Shown here: one piece after another, positions 29,624 to 40,670 of the stretch | Layout of the letters: every line of letters begins with the position of its first letter | Numbering within the stretch: position 1 is the first letter of the stretch | From: Pseudomonadota bacterium | Lineage (GTDB): Bacteria; Pseudomonadota; Gammaproteobacteria; Steroidobacterales; Steroidobacteraceae | Assembly: GCA_016713725.1 (NCBI GenBank) | Contig: JADJOO010000020.1 | Coordinates: 4,192-68,191, forward strand | DNA: 64,000 nucleotides | Direction: 5' to 3' | Made by a program: the position numbers and the translations under genes | The notes under the pieces: model-generated | Database searches by the model: none | Told to the model about the DNA's origin: nothing | What the model saw: only the letters and a program-made list of their open reading frames with translations

Positions 29624-30022
29624 CTAGAGCGTGCGGCCCGTCTTCTGGAAGTGCGTGCGCTCGAAGATCGTCTGGCAGTCGATGCAGCGCAACGCCTGTG
29701 GCGTGAGGTTCAGCCGCTTCACATCGATCGGCTTGTCGCACGCTTCGCAGACGCCGTAGCTGCCATCCGCCACTCGCAGCAGCGCTGCGTCGATCGCGCG
29801 CAGTTCGTCGAGGTCGCGATCGATTTCGGCGAGGCCGACGTCCACGATCAGGTCGGCGAACGATTCGTCCTCCAGTTCCCGCACCGAGTCGGCGATCTGC
29901 AGATAGTGTTCCGAATCGCTCCGGATCAGCGCCTGGCGGATTTCTTCGCGCAACTGGATTTGCCGCGCGCGCATGGCCGTTTGCAGCGACTCGAGCTGCT
30001 TGTTCTGGAGGTTGCGAGTCAT
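29624..30022 (-). CDS. DksA/TraR-family C4 zinc-finger protein
   Basis: CEACDKPI...CIDC zinc finger after a coiled-coil region. ATG at 30022 is 7 nt from AAGGAAG. Confidence 0.75.
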   Translation of the reverse strand: MTRNLQNKQLESLQTAMRARQIQLREEIRQALIRSDSEHYLQIADSVRELEDESFADLIVDVGLAEIDRDLDELRAIDAALLRVADGSYGVCEACDKPIDVKRLNLTPQALRCIDCQTIFERTHFQKTGRTL

Positions 30023-30133
30023 CGCCATCTTCCTTGGGACACTGCCCAAGGATCGGACGCGATCCGCGCCACAGATATAGGGAAGATGCGAAATTCATTG
30101 CGCCAAATGCGGCTGGTCCTGCGGATGGCCGTG

Positions 30134-30670
30134 TCAGTCGGGCGGCAGGGCGCTCCGGTCCGGGAACAGTTCGTCTTCGAAGCCGAACGAGCGCATGTCG
30201 GCGACCCGCATCGGATAGAGGATGCCGTCGAGGTGATCCACCTCGTGCTGGACGACGCGCGCATGGAAGCCCTTCACGGTGCGATCGATCGGCTGCCCGT
30301 CCAGGTCGAAGCCGCGGTAGCGCAGGTTCGTGTGGCGAGCAACCACGCCACGTAATCCCGGCACAGACAGGCACCCCTCCCAGGCTTCGTCGCGCTCATC
30401 GCCAAGCAGGTCCAGCAGCGGGTTGAGCAGTACCGTATACGGTACCGGCTCGGCCTGCGGGTACCGTGGGTTGTGCGTGACCTCGAAGATCACGGCTCGC
30501 AACGACACGCCGATCTGCGGCGCGGCGATCCCGGCGCCATTCAGCGCGCGCATGGTGTCGTCCATGTCGGTCACGAGCTGGCGCAATTCGGCGGTACCGA
30601 AGCGCTCGACGGGGGCGGCGACCCGCTGCAGCAGCGGGTGACCCATGCGGAGAACGGTGCGGACGGCCAT
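30134..30670 (-). CDS. def: Peptide deformylase
   Basis: GIAAPQIG, EGCLSVPG and HEVDHL motifs. ATG at 30670 lies inside the over-long ORF 30134-31141. Confidence 0.9.
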   Translation of the reverse strand: MAVRTVLRMGHPLLQRVAAPVERFGTAELRQLVTDMDDTMRALNGAGIAAPQIGVSLRAVIFEVTHNPRYPQAEPVPYTVLLNPLLDLLGDERDEAWEGCLSVPGLRGVVARHTNLRYRGFDLDGQPIDRTVKGFHARVVQHEVDHLDGILYPMRVADMRSFGFEDELFPDRSALPPD

Positions 30671-30778
30671 GCGGGATTCCAGGGAGCGGGAACGCAAGCG
30701 TAATCGAGTGCGGCCGATTGACAAGGCCGGGAGGTGAGCGTAGCTAAGGCGCGATCCGAACACCCCTGAGAACGACCG

Positions 30779-31081
30779 ATGGACAATGGCTTGCGCTGCT
30801 GGAAATGCGGAGTGTCGCTCGCCGACTATTCGCTGCCGCTGCGGCGACTGGAGGAGTGCCGGGCATGCCATGCGGAACTGCACACCTGCCGCATGTGCGA
30901 GTTCTACGACACGGGCAAGGCCAAGCACTGCCGCGAGACCATCGCCGAAGAAGTGAAGGACAAGCAGGTGGCGAATTTCTGTGACTACTTCCGGCCGACT
31001 CCGTCGGCTTACCGACCCGAGGCCCTGAGCGCGGCCGACAAGGCCAAGGCCGAACTCAATGCGCTGTTCGGCCACAAGTAA
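30779..31081 (+). CDS. Small Cys-rich (zinc-ribbon-like) hypothetical protein
   Basis: CWKC...CRAC...CRMC...C..C pattern. It sits 17 nt upstream of the next gene. Confidence 0.55.
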   Translation: MDNGLRCWKCGVSLADYSLPLRRLEECRACHAELHTCRMCEFYDTGKAKHCRETIAEEVKDKQVANFCDYFRPTPSAYRPEALSAADKAKAELNALFGHK

Positions 31082-31097
31082 AGACCAGGAGACGACT

Positions 31098-32756
31098 GTG
31101 ACGGTGATCCGACGAGCGGTACTGACAGGAATCGCGGCCATAACGCTGCTGGCGGGCGCGGCAGCGGCTGGAGAATCGGCCGCCCGGAAGGCAGCGGAGG
31201 CAGCGCCTGCGATGACGGCAGTGCGACCAGAGATCTACGCGCCGGTGACGCTGGCCGTGGACCTGTCGTCCCTGAGCGCCAGTGAACGGCAGATGCTGGG
31301 TCTTTTCATCGAGGCCGGCGAAATCATGGACGAACTGTACTGGCGGCAGACGTACGGCGACCGCGATGCGCTGCTGAAAGGCATCGTCGATCCGCGCACC
31401 CGCGAATTCGTCGCGCTGAACTATGGCCCCTGGGACCGGTTGGCCGACAATGCACCGTTCGTGCCCGGTGTCGGTGCCAAGCCGGAAGGCGCGGAGTTCT
31501 ATCCGCACGACATGACCCGCGAGGAATTCGAGAAGGCGAACCTGCCGCTGTCGCGCAGCGAATACACGCTCCTGCGACGCGACGCCAAGGGCGCATTGCA
31601 GGTCGTGCCATACCACGTCGAGTACCGCGAGGCGCTCGAAAAGGCAGCGCTCAAGCTTGAGCAGGCGGCCGCGCTGGCAGAGGACCCCGGTCTGAAGCAG
31701 TACCTGTCGCTGCGTGCGCAGGCGCTGCGTACCGACGACTACCGCGCGAGCGATCGCGCGTGGCTCGACATGAAGTCGAACCGCATCGACCTGGTGATCG
31801 GCCCGATCGAAACCTACGAGGACGCGCTGTTCGGCTACAAGGCCGCCTACGAGGCCTACGCGCTGATCAAGGACATGGAGTGGAGCAAGCGCCTCGAACG
31901 CTATGCCGCCATGTTGCCGGCACTGCAGCGCGGCCTGCCGGTCCCGGACGCCTACAAGGCCGAGCAGCCAGGCACGGATTCCGACCTCAATGCGTACGAC
32001 GTCGTCTATTACGCGGGCCACAACAACGCCGCTTCGAAGACCATCGCCATCAACCTGCCGAACGACGAGCAGGTGCAGCTCGAGAAGGGCACGCGCCGGC
32101 TGCAGCTCAAGAACGCGATGCGCGCCAAGTTCGACAGGATCATGCTGCCGATCGCCGACGAGCTGATCGTGCCGGAGCAGCGCAAGCACGTGACGTTCGA
32201 AGCGTTCTTCGCCAATACCATGTTCCACGAGGTGGCGCACGGCTTAGGCGTAAAGAACACGCTCGACGGCAAGGGCACGGTTCGTGAAGCGCTGACGGAA
32301 CAGGCGAGCTGGCTCGAGGAAGGCAAGGCCGATATCCTCGGGCTGTACATGGTCACCAGACTGCACGAGAAGGGCGAACTCGGCGGGTCGCTCGAGGACT
32401 ACTATGTGACGTTCCTGACCGGCATCTTCCGTTCGGTGCGGTGGGGCGCCGCCGAAGCCCACGGCCAGGCGAACATGGTGCGCTTCAACTACTTCGCCGA
32501 TCGCGGCGCGTTCAGCCGCGATGCCAACGGCCACTACCGCGTCGACATGGCGAAGATGCGCAAGGCGATGGATGAACTGTCGGCCGACATTCTCAAGCTG
32601 CAGGGCGACGGCAACTACGCGGGCGTCAAGGAGCTGCTCGCCCGGATCGGCGTGCTGAAGCCCCAGTTGTCTGCCGACCTCGCGCGCCTCGGCGCCCGCA
32701 ACATTCCGGTCGACGTCCGCTTCGAGCAGGGCAAGGCCGTGCTGGGCCTGAAGTAG
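31098..32756 (+). CDS. Secreted DPP III (M49)-like zinc hydrolase
   Basis: GTG at 31098 after AGGAG; signal peptide; FHEVAHGLG (HExxH) and EEGKADILG second motif. Confidence 0.7.
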   Translation: MTVIRRAVLTGIAAITLLAGAAAAGESAARKAAEAAPAMTAVRPEIYAPVTLAVDLSSLSASERQMLGLFIEAGEIMDELYWRQTYGDRDALLKGIVDPRTREFVALNYGPWDRLADNAPFVPGVGAKPEGAEFYPHDMTREEFEKANLPLSRSEYTLLRRDAKGALQVVPYHVEYREALEKAALKLEQAAALAEDPGLKQYLSLRAQALRTDDYRASDRAWLDMKSNRIDLVIGPIETYEDALFGYKAAYEAYALIKDMEWSKRLERYAAMLPALQRGLPVPDAYKAEQPGTDSDLNAYDVVYYAGHNNAASKTIAINLPNDEQVQLEKGTRRLQLKNAMRAKFDRIMLPIADELIVPEQRKHVTFEAFFANTMFHEVAHGLGVKNTLDGKGTVREALTEQASWLEEGKADILGLYMVTRLHEKGELGGSLEDYYVTFLTGIFRSVRWGAAEAHGQANMVRFNYFADRGAFSRDANGHYRVDMAKMRKAMDELSADILKLQGDGNYAGVKELLARIGVLKPQLSADLARLGARNIPVDVRFEQGKAVLGLK

Positions 32757-32764
32757 GCGCGGCC

Positions 32765-33646
32765 GTGTCGAGTCCGGTCGAACGCGTCATCGAACCGCGG
32801 CCGCGCGATCTCGGTGATTTCGCCGTGCGTCGCGTGCTGCCCGCGGTGGGTCTGCAGACTGTTGGTCCTTTCATCTTCTTCGATCACATGGGACCGGCGG
32901 ACTTCGGGCCGGGGCAGGGCGTCAACGTGCGGCCGCACCCACACATCGGCCTCGCCACCGTGACGTACCTGTTTGAAGGCGCTTTCATGCACCGTGACAG
33001 CCTCGGCACGGCGCAGTTGATCCGTCCGGGCGACGTCAACTGGATGGTGGCCGGGCGGGGCATCGTGCATTCGGAGCGCACGCCACCGGAGGTGCGCGAC
33101 GCGGCAGGCCGCACGCGTGCGCACGGCATCCAGACATGGATAGCACTGCCGCGTGCGGAGGAAGAGCGGGAGCCGTCCTTTGCGCATCACGGCGCTGCCA
33201 GCTTGCCGCGCATCGAGCGGCCTGGCGTAATCCTCACCGTGATCGCCGGCACGGCGTACGGCGAGCGGTCACCGGTCGACATGTTCTCGCCGACGCTGTA
33301 CGTGGATGCACAGCTGGCCGACGGGGCTGCGATCGAGGTGCCGGACGAGCACCTGCAGCGGGCGGTCTACGTCGCGCAGGGCCGGATCGAAATTGCAGGC
33401 CAGGTCTACCAGGAAGGCCAGTTCATCATGCTCGCGTCCGCTGCGGGTCCGGTGTCGATCCGCGCGCTCCAGGCCTCGCGCGTGATGCTGGCTGGAGGCG
33501 CTGCGCTCGATGGGCCGCGGCACCTCTACTGGAACTTCGTTTCGAGCACGCGCGAGCGCATCGATGCGGCCAGGCGCGACTGGCGCGAGCACCGGTTTGC
33601 GCCGGTGCCCGGCGATGCGGAAAGGATTCCCCTGCCCGACGAGTGA
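32765..33646 (+). CDS. Pirin-family protein
   Basis: RPHPHIGLATVTYLFEG...HRDS.G cupin motifs. Confidence 0.9.
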   Translation: MSSPVERVIEPRPRDLGDFAVRRVLPAVGLQTVGPFIFFDHMGPADFGPGQGVNVRPHPHIGLATVTYLFEGAFMHRDSLGTAQLIRPGDVNWMVAGRGIVHSERTPPEVRDAAGRTRAHGIQTWIALPRAEEEREPSFAHHGAASLPRIERPGVILTVIAGTAYGERSPVDMFSPTLYVDAQLADGAAIEVPDEHLQRAVYVAQGRIEIAGQVYQEGQFIMLASAAGPVSIRALQASRVMLAGGAALDGPRHLYWNFVSSTRERIDAARRDWREHRFAPVPGDAERIPLPDE

Positions 33647-33647
33647 C

Positions 33648-33667
33648 GCCGCGTCCCTGGACGCGGC
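33648..33667. terminator. Short GC hairpin between the convergent pirin and lipoprotein genes
   Basis: GCCGCGTC-CCTG-GACGCGGC, 8-bp stem, no clear U tract. Confidence 0.3.
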
Positions 33668-33677
33668 ACGATTCGCG

Positions 33678-34448
33678 TCAACGTGCGTTCAGGCGAGTGC
33701 CGCAACCGCGCAAGGTCTGCCCACCCGATTCCAGGGTCACGACGTGGTCGAATTCCACCTCACCATCGTCCACGCAGCGCTCGGCCCGGATCGTGGCCTG
33801 GATCTTGATCGCATCGTTCTGCGCCGTGTAGACGATCGCACCGTCAGGCGCGGTGGCTGCCTGAGCCTGCTCGAAGTCGAAGCGGTCCTGGCCGAAATTG
33901 GTGGTCCAGTTCAGCCTGTTCGCGGGACCGACTTCGAGGACCCAGCCCGGTTCGTTGCCGAGCGCGCGGTAAACCACGCCACGCACCCTGGCGTCCTCGC
34001 GCAGGGAGGCGGCTCGCCGTTCTTCGCATTGCACGGTCGGCGTGCCCTGTCGCTCGAGCGTTGCCGTGCCGCCCTTGGTCCAGAACACCACCACGCTGTC
34101 CGCGTAGCGCACGCCAGAGGCGCTGACCGTCTGGTCGAGCCGCCGCGTGCCGTCGTGGAAGTCGATGGCAATCGCCTTTTCGCGGAACAGGTTGCGCATT
34201 ACCAGCGTCTGGCCATCCGTGCACTGCCACACGTAGGCGCGGAGCACGCCTGCGGGAACGTCGTCCGTGGCGGGCGTCGGTGCCGGTGCGGTTGCAGGGA
34301 CGGATGCCGCCGGCTCCGCGTCCGCAGCGGTTTCGCCCGCGGGCGATTCCTTGCGCTGGCAGCCTGAGGCTGCAATCAGCGCGATGCCCGTGCAACAGAC
34401 GATCAACAGGCGGGATGACAGCGTGGGCGAAGTCGTCAAGCGGGTCAC
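33678..34448 (-). CDS. Lipoprotein with MliC-like N-terminal domain and COG3650-like C-terminal domain
   Basis: Lipobox LIAASGC; YVWQCTDGQTLVMRN...GVRYAD pattern; C-terminal ...ESGGQTLRGCG. Confidence 0.55.
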   Translation of the reverse strand: MTRLTTSPTLSSRLLIVCCTGIALIAASGCQRKESPAGETAADAEPAASVPATAPAPTPATDDVPAGVLRAYVWQCTDGQTLVMRNLFREKAIAIDFHDGTRRLDQTVSASGVRYADSVVVFWTKGGTATLERQGTPTVQCEERRAASLREDARVRGVVYRALGNEPGWVLEVGPANRLNWTTNFGQDRFDFEQAQAATAPDGAIVYTAQNDAIKIQATIRAERCVDDGEVEFDHVVTLESGGQTLRGCGTRLNAR

Positions 34449-34486
34449 CTGGCAGGCGGGGTGTGCCTGATTTTACACAGGACGCC

Positions 34487-35014
34487 TCAACAGTTCGCTT
34501 CGCGCAGGCGAACCTTCGCTTCGCGCCAGCGTTCCCACAGCCTGCCGGCCTCGCGCGCCGAGTAGCCTGTACGCATCCGCGAATCGAGGCTGTCGAGCGT
34601 CGCCTGCAGTTTCTGGCAGGTCGCCGCGTGTTCGGTCTCGCCCTCGTCGGGGTCGGCATCCTCACGCCCGGTTGAAATTCCGCGGCTCGGCGCCGCTCGC
34701 TCCCTGGTTTTGGCGAGTTCCGGTGACGCTCCAGCCGCAGTGGGCGCGGGCGCGCTCACCTTCAATTCGCGCACTTCCGGCAGGGGGCCGCACGGACGGT
34801 CGGAAAACGTGACCAGGTCTGGCGCAACGCAACTGTAGACGAGCCGGCGTGTCGACTGCGCGCGCGGCTTGACCGGCTCGAGCACGACGGAGCCGCCACC
34901 CCCCGCCGGGCTATCGACGGTCGGCAGCAACAGCGCGTTGGCGGCGTGCGGTGAGGTGGACAGGAAGAGCATCGCCTGCGCGGCGAGGTGCAGGCGGACG
35001 GCAGGACGTGTCAC
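34487..35014 (-). CDS. DUF4124 domain protein
   Basis: Signal peptide plus the YSC...VTFSDRPC motif. Confidence 0.6.
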   Translation of the reverse strand: MTRPAVRLHLAAQAMLFLSTSPHAANALLLPTVDSPAGGGGSVVLEPVKPRAQSTRRLVYSCVAPDLVTFSDRPCGPLPEVRELKVSAPAPTAAGASPELAKTRERAAPSRGISTGREDADPDEGETEHAATCQKLQATLDSLDSRMRTGYSAREAGRLWERWREAKVRLREANC

Positions 35015-35149
35015 GGCGAACCCTCCATGGACTGAAGGGCCATGCTCGGGTCAGCGCTATGGATTGTCTTGCGCGATTCGTGGTGCGTGCGCGCAATTAG
35101 GCGCCGGCCTTCGTATTGGTCTCGGACCTGTCACGCGCGCGATCGGGCT

Positions 35150-35464
35150 TCAGGCGCGTCCAACGTTCGAGTCGGTGGGCGCGTGGAAGTATTGGCTCTC
35201 TGCCGAGAATTGTTCGACCAGCCGGCGCAATTCGGCCATGCGGGCCTCGGCAGTGCCGATCGCCAGGCAGTCCTCGCAGCGGGGGTCGCCGCAGGGCTGT
35301 CGCGTGTACAGCCAATACTGCACGGCTCCCGCGAGCAGGCCATCCGCGATGTCCCACAAGTCGGCCTTGTCGTCGCCGTCCGCGATCTGGTTGCCGAGGT
35401 CGACGGCACGACTGAAGGCCTGGTCGAACGGTTCGGAGTCTTCGATTTGCGTAGTGGCGGTCAC
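35150..35464 (-). CDS. Small hypothetical protein (DUF3144-like)
   Basis: A 104-aa ORF with coding-like composition. The family assignment is from memory only. Confidence 0.45.
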   Translation of the reverse strand: MTATTQIEDSEPFDQAFSRAVDLGNQIADGDDKADLWDIADGLLAGAVQYWLYTRQPCGDPRCEDCLAIGTAEARMAELRRLVEQFSAESQYFHAPTDSNVGRA

Positions 35465-35570
35465 GTTGGGAAAAGCAGTCAGGGGACCAGCCGCAATGAT
35501 ACCAGAAACGCCCGCCGTAACGATGTCGAAATGTACAAAAACTGCTTATAAATCAGTCGATTCTGGCGCT

Positions 35571-35837
35571 TCAGATGCCGGCCTTGGCGAGCGCGTCGAC
35601 GAATGCGCGGACGGCGCCGGCGAGGCCCGGGTGTTCGGTTTCGAGGCGCACCGCGGCGTTCTCCAGCGCGTCGGCCGGTGCGAGGTCCTGGGCGGAGCCG
35701 GCCTGGCCCTGCGGTGCCAGTGCCCGCTGGATGTCCGCCAGGGCCCCCTCCAGCAGCGCACGTTGTTGCGGGTCGAGTTGCGGGACGTCGGCCAACTCGC
35801 GGTGCAGGTCGCGCAGCGTCTGTTGCAGGTCGTTCAT
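35571..35837 (-). CDS. Small hypothetical protein (DUF4404-like)
   Basis: ATG at 35837 (MNDLQQTLRDLHRELADV...) lies within the over-long ORF 35571-36056. Confidence 0.5.
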   Translation of the reverse strand: MNDLQQTLRDLHRELADVPQLDPQQRALLEGALADIQRALAPQGQAGSAQDLAPADALENAAVRLETEHPGLAGAVRAFVDALAKAGI

Positions 35838-35965
35838 TGCATTTCTCCGCCGAAGGCGTTGGCGAAGAGTGTAGCAGCGACCGGTGTCGCCCCGGCTGTG
35901 GAAAGACCGGACGCCACTACGTCGCGGCCCACTAAAATGGTGCCCTCGAAAACCGGGAGTGCCGC

Positions 35966-36620
35966 ATGAATTCGTCCACCAGGTCGTCTTGGGTACCACT
36001 GCTCGCAATGGCCGCGATGCTCGTCGCGCCGCTGGTGGCGCAGGCCGACTCGCCACGCTTTGAATTCACTCCGTTCGTCGGCGGTCGAATGGGTGGCGGT
36101 TTCGACGTCACGGCCGCGGACGGCACCAGCAGTTCGGTCGACCTCGACGCCGGCATGAGTTTCGGGATCGATCTCGGGCTGTATCGTGATGACCGGTCGT
36201 TCTACGAACTGCTCTATTCGACGCAGACGACGAGCTTCGACTCGACGGACCCGTCGCTTGACCGGGTCGATCTGCGCGTCGACTACCTGCAGTTCGGTGG
36301 CACCGCCTTCTTTCCGCAGGACAGCGATCACTTCATGCCTTACTTGTCGCTCACGATCGGCGCGACGCTGATGGAGCCGGACAGCGGTGGCCTACGACTC
36401 CGAGACCAGGTTTTCAGGCAGCATCGGCGGCGGCTTCCGCATTCCGTTCAACGACAACGTCTCGCTCAACCTGGGTGTGCGTGGTTACCTGACGCTACTC
36501 GATTCCGATTCGAGCCTGTTCTGCGTCAGCGATTCCGGGGAGGCCGGCTGCCTCCTGCGATCGTCGGGCAGCACGTTCTTCCAGGCCGAAGGCCTGCTTG
36601 GGCTCAGCGTCCGGTTCTGA
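35966..36620 (+). pseudogene. Outer-membrane beta-barrel protein, one frameshift near 36385
   Basis: Signal peptide (LLAMAAMLVAPLVAQA) and alternating beta strands. It continues in ORF 36387-36620 and ends ...GLSVRF. Confidence 0.65.
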
Positions 36621-36689
36621 AGGTGACCTCAGCCAGCCGGCGTCGAAATTTCGGCGCCTGCCAGCAACGCACGGCGCCGTCTGTCCAGG

Positions 36690-39600
36690 TCAGACGAGGA
36701 CCCGTTCGATGCCGCCCGCGTTGGCCCGTTGCACGTAGGATTCGAGCCAGGCGGGGCCCAGCAGGTGCCGCGCCATCTCGACCACGATGTAGTCGGCGCC
36801 GGTGCCTGCGTCGTCATCGTACCGCGACAAGCCCTGCAGGCACGACGGGCAGGAGGTCAGCACCTTCACCTCCCCGCTGAAGCCATCGCCCCGGAGCTTG
36901 CCGGCGCCCAGTTCCATCTCGCGCTGCTTGCGGAACCGCACCTGCGTGGCGATGTCCGGCCGTGCGACCGCGAACGTGCCCGCTTCACCGCAACAGCGGT
37001 CGTTCTTCTCGATCCTGCCGGTCGTCCCGGCGGCCAGCAGCGTGTTGACGACCTTGAGCGAGTCGTGCGTCTTCATCGGTGAGTGGCACGGTTCGTGATA
37101 CATGTAGCGCACGCCCGTCGCGTTCTCGAGCCGGATGCCCTTCTCGAGCAGGAACTCGTGGATGTCGAGGATGCGCGAGCCCGGAAAGATCTGGTCAAAC
37201 TCGTAGCCCTGCAGCTGGTCATGGCAGGTGCCGCAGCTCACCACGACGGTCTTGATGTCGAGGTAGTTGAGCGTGTTCGCCACGCGATGGAACAGGACGC
37301 GATTGTCCGTGATGATTTTTTCAGCCTGGTCGAACTGCCCGGCGCCGCGCTGCGGATAGCCGCAGCAGAGGTAGCCCGGAGGCAGCACAGTCTGCACGCC
37401 GGCGTGCCAGAGCATGGCCTGCGTCGCGAGTCCCACTTGCGAGAAGAGGCGTTCCGAGCCGCAACCCGGGAAATAGAACACTGCCTCCGAATCACTGGTC
37501 GTGCCGACCGGATCGCGGATGATCGGCACGTAGTTGCGATCCTCGACGTCGAGCAGCGCGCGCGCCGTCTTCTTCGGCAGCCCGCCAGGCATCTTCTTGT
37601 TGATGAAGTGGATTACCTGCTCGCGCACGGGCGCCCGCCCGCCGGTCGTCGCCGGCGGACGCTTCGTCTGCGCCGCGCCGAGCTTGCCCAGCGTCCGGTG
37701 GCCGAGACGCTGCGCCTTGTAGCCCCAGTCGATCATGAGCTTGCGCGTCAGCCTGATCGTGCCCGGGTCGTTGGTGTTCAGGAAGAACATGGCAGCCGAC
37801 TTCGCAGGATTGGCGCCCTGGTTGCCCAGTCGTCGCAGCACATCGCGCATCGCCATCGAGACATCGCCAAAGTCGATGTCGACGGGGCAGGGCGTTTCGC
37901 ATTTGTGACAGACCGTGCAGTGATCAGCGACGTCACCGAACTCGTCCCAGTGCTGGATCGAGATGCCGCGGCGCGTCTGTTCCTCGTACAGGAACGCCTC
38001 GATCAGCATCGAGGTGGCGAGGATCTTGTTGCGCGGCGAATAAAGCAGGTTCGCGCCCGGCACGTGGGTGCTGCAGACCGGCTTGCACTTGCCGCAGCGC
38101 AGGCAGTCCTTGATCGCGTCGCTGATCCCCGCGATGTCCGACTGCTGCATGATCAGCGATTCGTGGCCGAGCAGATTGAAGCTCGGCGTATACGCGTTGC
38201 GCAGGTCCGCGCCGGGCAGCAGCTTGCCGGCGTTGAAACGGCCTTCCGGATCGACGCGCCGCTTGTAGTCCCGGAAGCCGAGCGTCTCGTCGTCCGTCAG
38301 GTATTCGAACTTGGTGATGCCGATGCCGTGCTCGCCGGAGATCACGCCACCGAGTTCGCGGGCAACCCGCATGATGCGGCCGACGGCGCGGTTGGCCGCC
38401 TGCAGCATCTCGTAGTCGTCAGAGTTGACCGGGATGTTGGTATGGACGTTGCCGTCGCCCGCGTGCATGTGCAGCGCGACGAACACTCGACCGTGCAACA
38501 CGTTCCGGTGAATGTCCCCAAGCTCGGCCAGCAACGGTACGAACGGGCCGCCGGCAAAGATACGCGTGAACTGGCTGCGCAATTCGTGCTTCCAGGATAC
38601 GCGGATCGTCCTGTCCTGCAGCAGATCGAATACCGTCAGGCCGGGTTCGCCGGCACTGCGTCGGGTGGCCGCAGCCGCAATCTCTTCAAGTCCGAGTCGG
38701 CGCAGGTCCACGAGCGCGTCAGCGAGCGGTCGGCCCATGCTCTTCGAGTACCACGACCAGCGTTCGCGAACCTGCGTGATGGCATCGACGGCCTGGCCAA
38801 GCCGGGCGCCAAGCACTTCGTCGCGCGGCATGCGGTCGATGTCGGCGTCGCCAGTCTTGCCGAGCTTCGGTTCGCCAAGCAGGTACGCCTCGAGCGCGTC
38901 GAGCAGCCGCAGCTTGTTGGCGAGCGAGAACTCGATGTTGATGCGCTCGATCGCGTCGGTGTATTCGCCGAGGCGCTCGAGCGGGATCACGACGTCTTCG
39001 TTGATCTTGAAGGCGTTGGTGTGGCGGGCGATTGCGGCGGTCTTCGCGCGGTCGCGCCAGAAGGCCTTGCGTGCCTCCGTGCCAGCGGCGATGAAGCCCT
39101 CGCCGTGCCGCGCATTGGCAATGCGTACCACGTCCGAGGCGCAGCGTGACACGGCGGCTTCGTCGTCGCCGACGATGTCGCCGATCAGCACCATCTTGGG
39201 CAGCGCGCCGCGCTTCGATTTCGTCGTGTAACCGACCGCCTTCAGGTAACGCTCGTCGAGGTGCTCGAGGCCCGCCAGCTGTACGCCGCCCACGCGTCCC
39301 TGCCGCGCGAGTTCGTCGCGAATCTCGACGATCGCTGGAATCGCGTCGCGTGCCTGGCCGAAGAACTCGAGGCACACCGTGCGGATGTGCGCCGGCATCC
39401 GGTGCACGACCCAGCGCGCGGAGGTGATGATGCCGTCGCATCCCTCTTTCTGGATGCCGGGCAGGCCGCCGAGGAACTTGTCGGTGACGTCCTTGCCGAG
39501 GCCGGCCTTGCGAAACGTCGATCCGGGAATCTCGAGCCGTTCCGTGCGGAGCACCTTCGCGACGCCGGGTGAATGACGCCCGTCTTTCCAGGTCAGCGCG

Positions 39601-40670
39601 AAAGTCGCGACCGGCGCGTCGTGGATCTTGCCGCGGTTGTGGCCGATCCGCGTCACCTCGAGCCAGTTGCCCTCGGGGTCGACCATGCGCCACCACGCGA
39701 GGTTGTCGAGCGCGGTGCCCCACAGCACGGCCTTCTTGCCGCCGGCATTCATCGCGATGTTGCCGCCGACGACAGACGCATCGGCGGAGGTGGGGTCGAC
39801 GGCGAACACGAAGCCCGCATGGTGCGCCGCTTCCTCGACGCGACGCGTCACGACGCCTGCTTCGGTGAAGACAGTCGGCACGTGGCCCTCGACTCCCGGC
39901 AGCAACTGCGGTTCGATGTTACCGATGCGCTCGAGTTTTTCCGTGTTGATGACGGCCGCGAACGGCGTTAGCGGAACGGCGCTGCCGGTGTAGCCAGTGC
40001 CGCCACCGCGCGGAATGACGGTCAGGCCGGACTCGATGCAGGCCCGCACGAGTCCCGGGATCTCGTCCTCGGTGTCGGGTGCAAGCACGACGAACGGTGT
40101 CTCGACCCGCCAGTCGGTCGCATCTGTCGCGTGTGCAACGCGGGCATAGGCGTCGAAGCAGACGTTGTCTGCACGGGTGTGCGAAGCGAACGCCTTGCGC
40201 GCCCGGCGCCGCAGTGTGTCGGTCCTGGCGAACGAACCCGCGAAATCGAGGACGGCGGCGCGCGCAAATTCGAGCAGCCTGCCGACCTTGTCGTCGCGCA
40301 CCGCGTCGCTGGTGTCGCGGCGCTTTTCGATATCGGCGAGCCGGTGATGCAGCGCCTCGACCAGCAGTTCACGCCGCCGCGGGTTGTCGAGCAGGTCCTG
40401 TTCCAGGTACGGGTTGCGCCTGACAACCCAGATGTCGCCGAGCACTTCGTACAACATGCGTGCCGAGCGTCCGGTGCGACGCTCGGCGCGGAGATCGTCG
40501 AGCAGTGCCCAGCCCGTGGCGCCGAGCAGGCGGATCACGATCTCGCGGTCCGAGAAGGACGTGTAGTTGTACGGAATTTCGCGCAGCCGCGGCGGCGGAT
40601 CGAGGTCTGCTGCGTGCGGTGCGGTCGCGGAGTCGGTCTGGAAGTGAGGGTCGGTGGTGGGTGAGTTCAC
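36690..40670 (-). CDS. DUF3683-containing FAD-linked oxidase / 4Fe-4S / CCG-domain oxidoreductase (YdiJ / GlcD-GlcF-fusion-like)
   Basis: 1326 aa, intact. FAD-binding PCMH domain ([16 protein letters not shown]), two CxxCxxCxxxCP clusters, and CCG-type Cys motifs at the C-terminus. Confidence 0.85.
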   Translation of the reverse strand: MNSPTTDPHFQTDSATAPHAADLDPPPRLREIPYNYTSFSDREIVIRLLGATGWALLDDLRAERRTGRSARMLYEVLGDIWVVRRNPYLEQDLLDNPRRRELLVEALHHRLADIEKRRDTSDAVRDDKVGRLLEFARAAVLDFAGSFARTDTLRRRARKAFASHTRADNVCFDAYARVAHATDATDWRVETPFVVLAPDTEDEIPGLVRACIESGLTVIPRGGGTGYTGSAVPLTPFAAVINTEKLERIGNIEPQLLPGVEGHVPTVFTEAGVVTRRVEEAAHHAGFVFAVDPTSADASVVGGNIAMNAGGKKAVLWGTALDNLAWWRMVDPEGNWLEVTRIGHNRGKIHDAPVATFALTWKDGRHSPGVAKVLRTERLEIPGSTFRKAGLGKDVTDKFLGGLPGIQKEGCDGIITSARWVVHRMPAHIRTVCLEFFGQARDAIPAIVEIRDELARQGRVGGVQLAGLEHLDERYLKAVGYTTKSKRGALPKMVLIGDIVGDDEAAVSRCASDVVRIANARHGEGFIAAGTEARKAFWRDRAKTAAIARHTNAFKINEDVVIPLERLGEYTDAIERINIEFSLANKLRLLDALEAYLLGEPKLGKTGDADIDRMPRDEVLGARLGQAVDAITQVRERWSWYSKSMGRPLADALVDLRRLGLEEIAAAATRRSAGEPGLTVFDLLQDRTIRVSWKHELRSQFTRIFAGGPFVPLLAELGDIHRNVLHGRVFVALHMHAGDGNVHTNIPVNSDDYEMLQAANRAVGRIMRVARELGGVISGEHGIGITKFEYLTDDETLGFRDYKRRVDPEGRFNAGKLLPGADLRNAYTPSFNLLGHESLIMQQSDIAGISDAIKDCLRCGKCKPVCSTHVPGANLLYSPRNKILATSMLIEAFLYEEQTRRGISIQHWDEFGDVADHCTVCHKCETPCPVDIDFGDVSMAMRDVLRRLGNQGANPAKSAAMFFLNTNDPGTIRLTRKLMIDWGYKAQRLGHRTLGKLGAAQTKRPPATTGGRAPVREQVIHFINKKMPGGLPKKTARALLDVEDRNYVPIIRDPVGTTSDSEAVFYFPGCGSERLFSQVGLATQAMLWHAGVQTVLPPGYLCCGYPQRGAGQFDQAEKIITDNRVLFHRVANTLNYLDIKTVVVSCGTCHDQLQGYEFDQIFPGSRILDIHEFLLEKGIRLENATGVRYMYHEPCHSPMKTHDSLKVVNTLLAAGTTGRIEKNDRCCGEAGTFAVARPDIATQVRFRKQREMELGAGKLRGDGFSGEVKVLTSCPSCLQGLSRYDDDAGTGADYIVVEMARHLLGPAWLESYVQRANAGGIERVLV

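Noticed and set aside
30134-31141. A 335-aa ORF containing def
   Set aside because: Only the C-terminal 178 aa are deformylase. The upstream part is antisense to the Cys-rich gene and the intergenic region.
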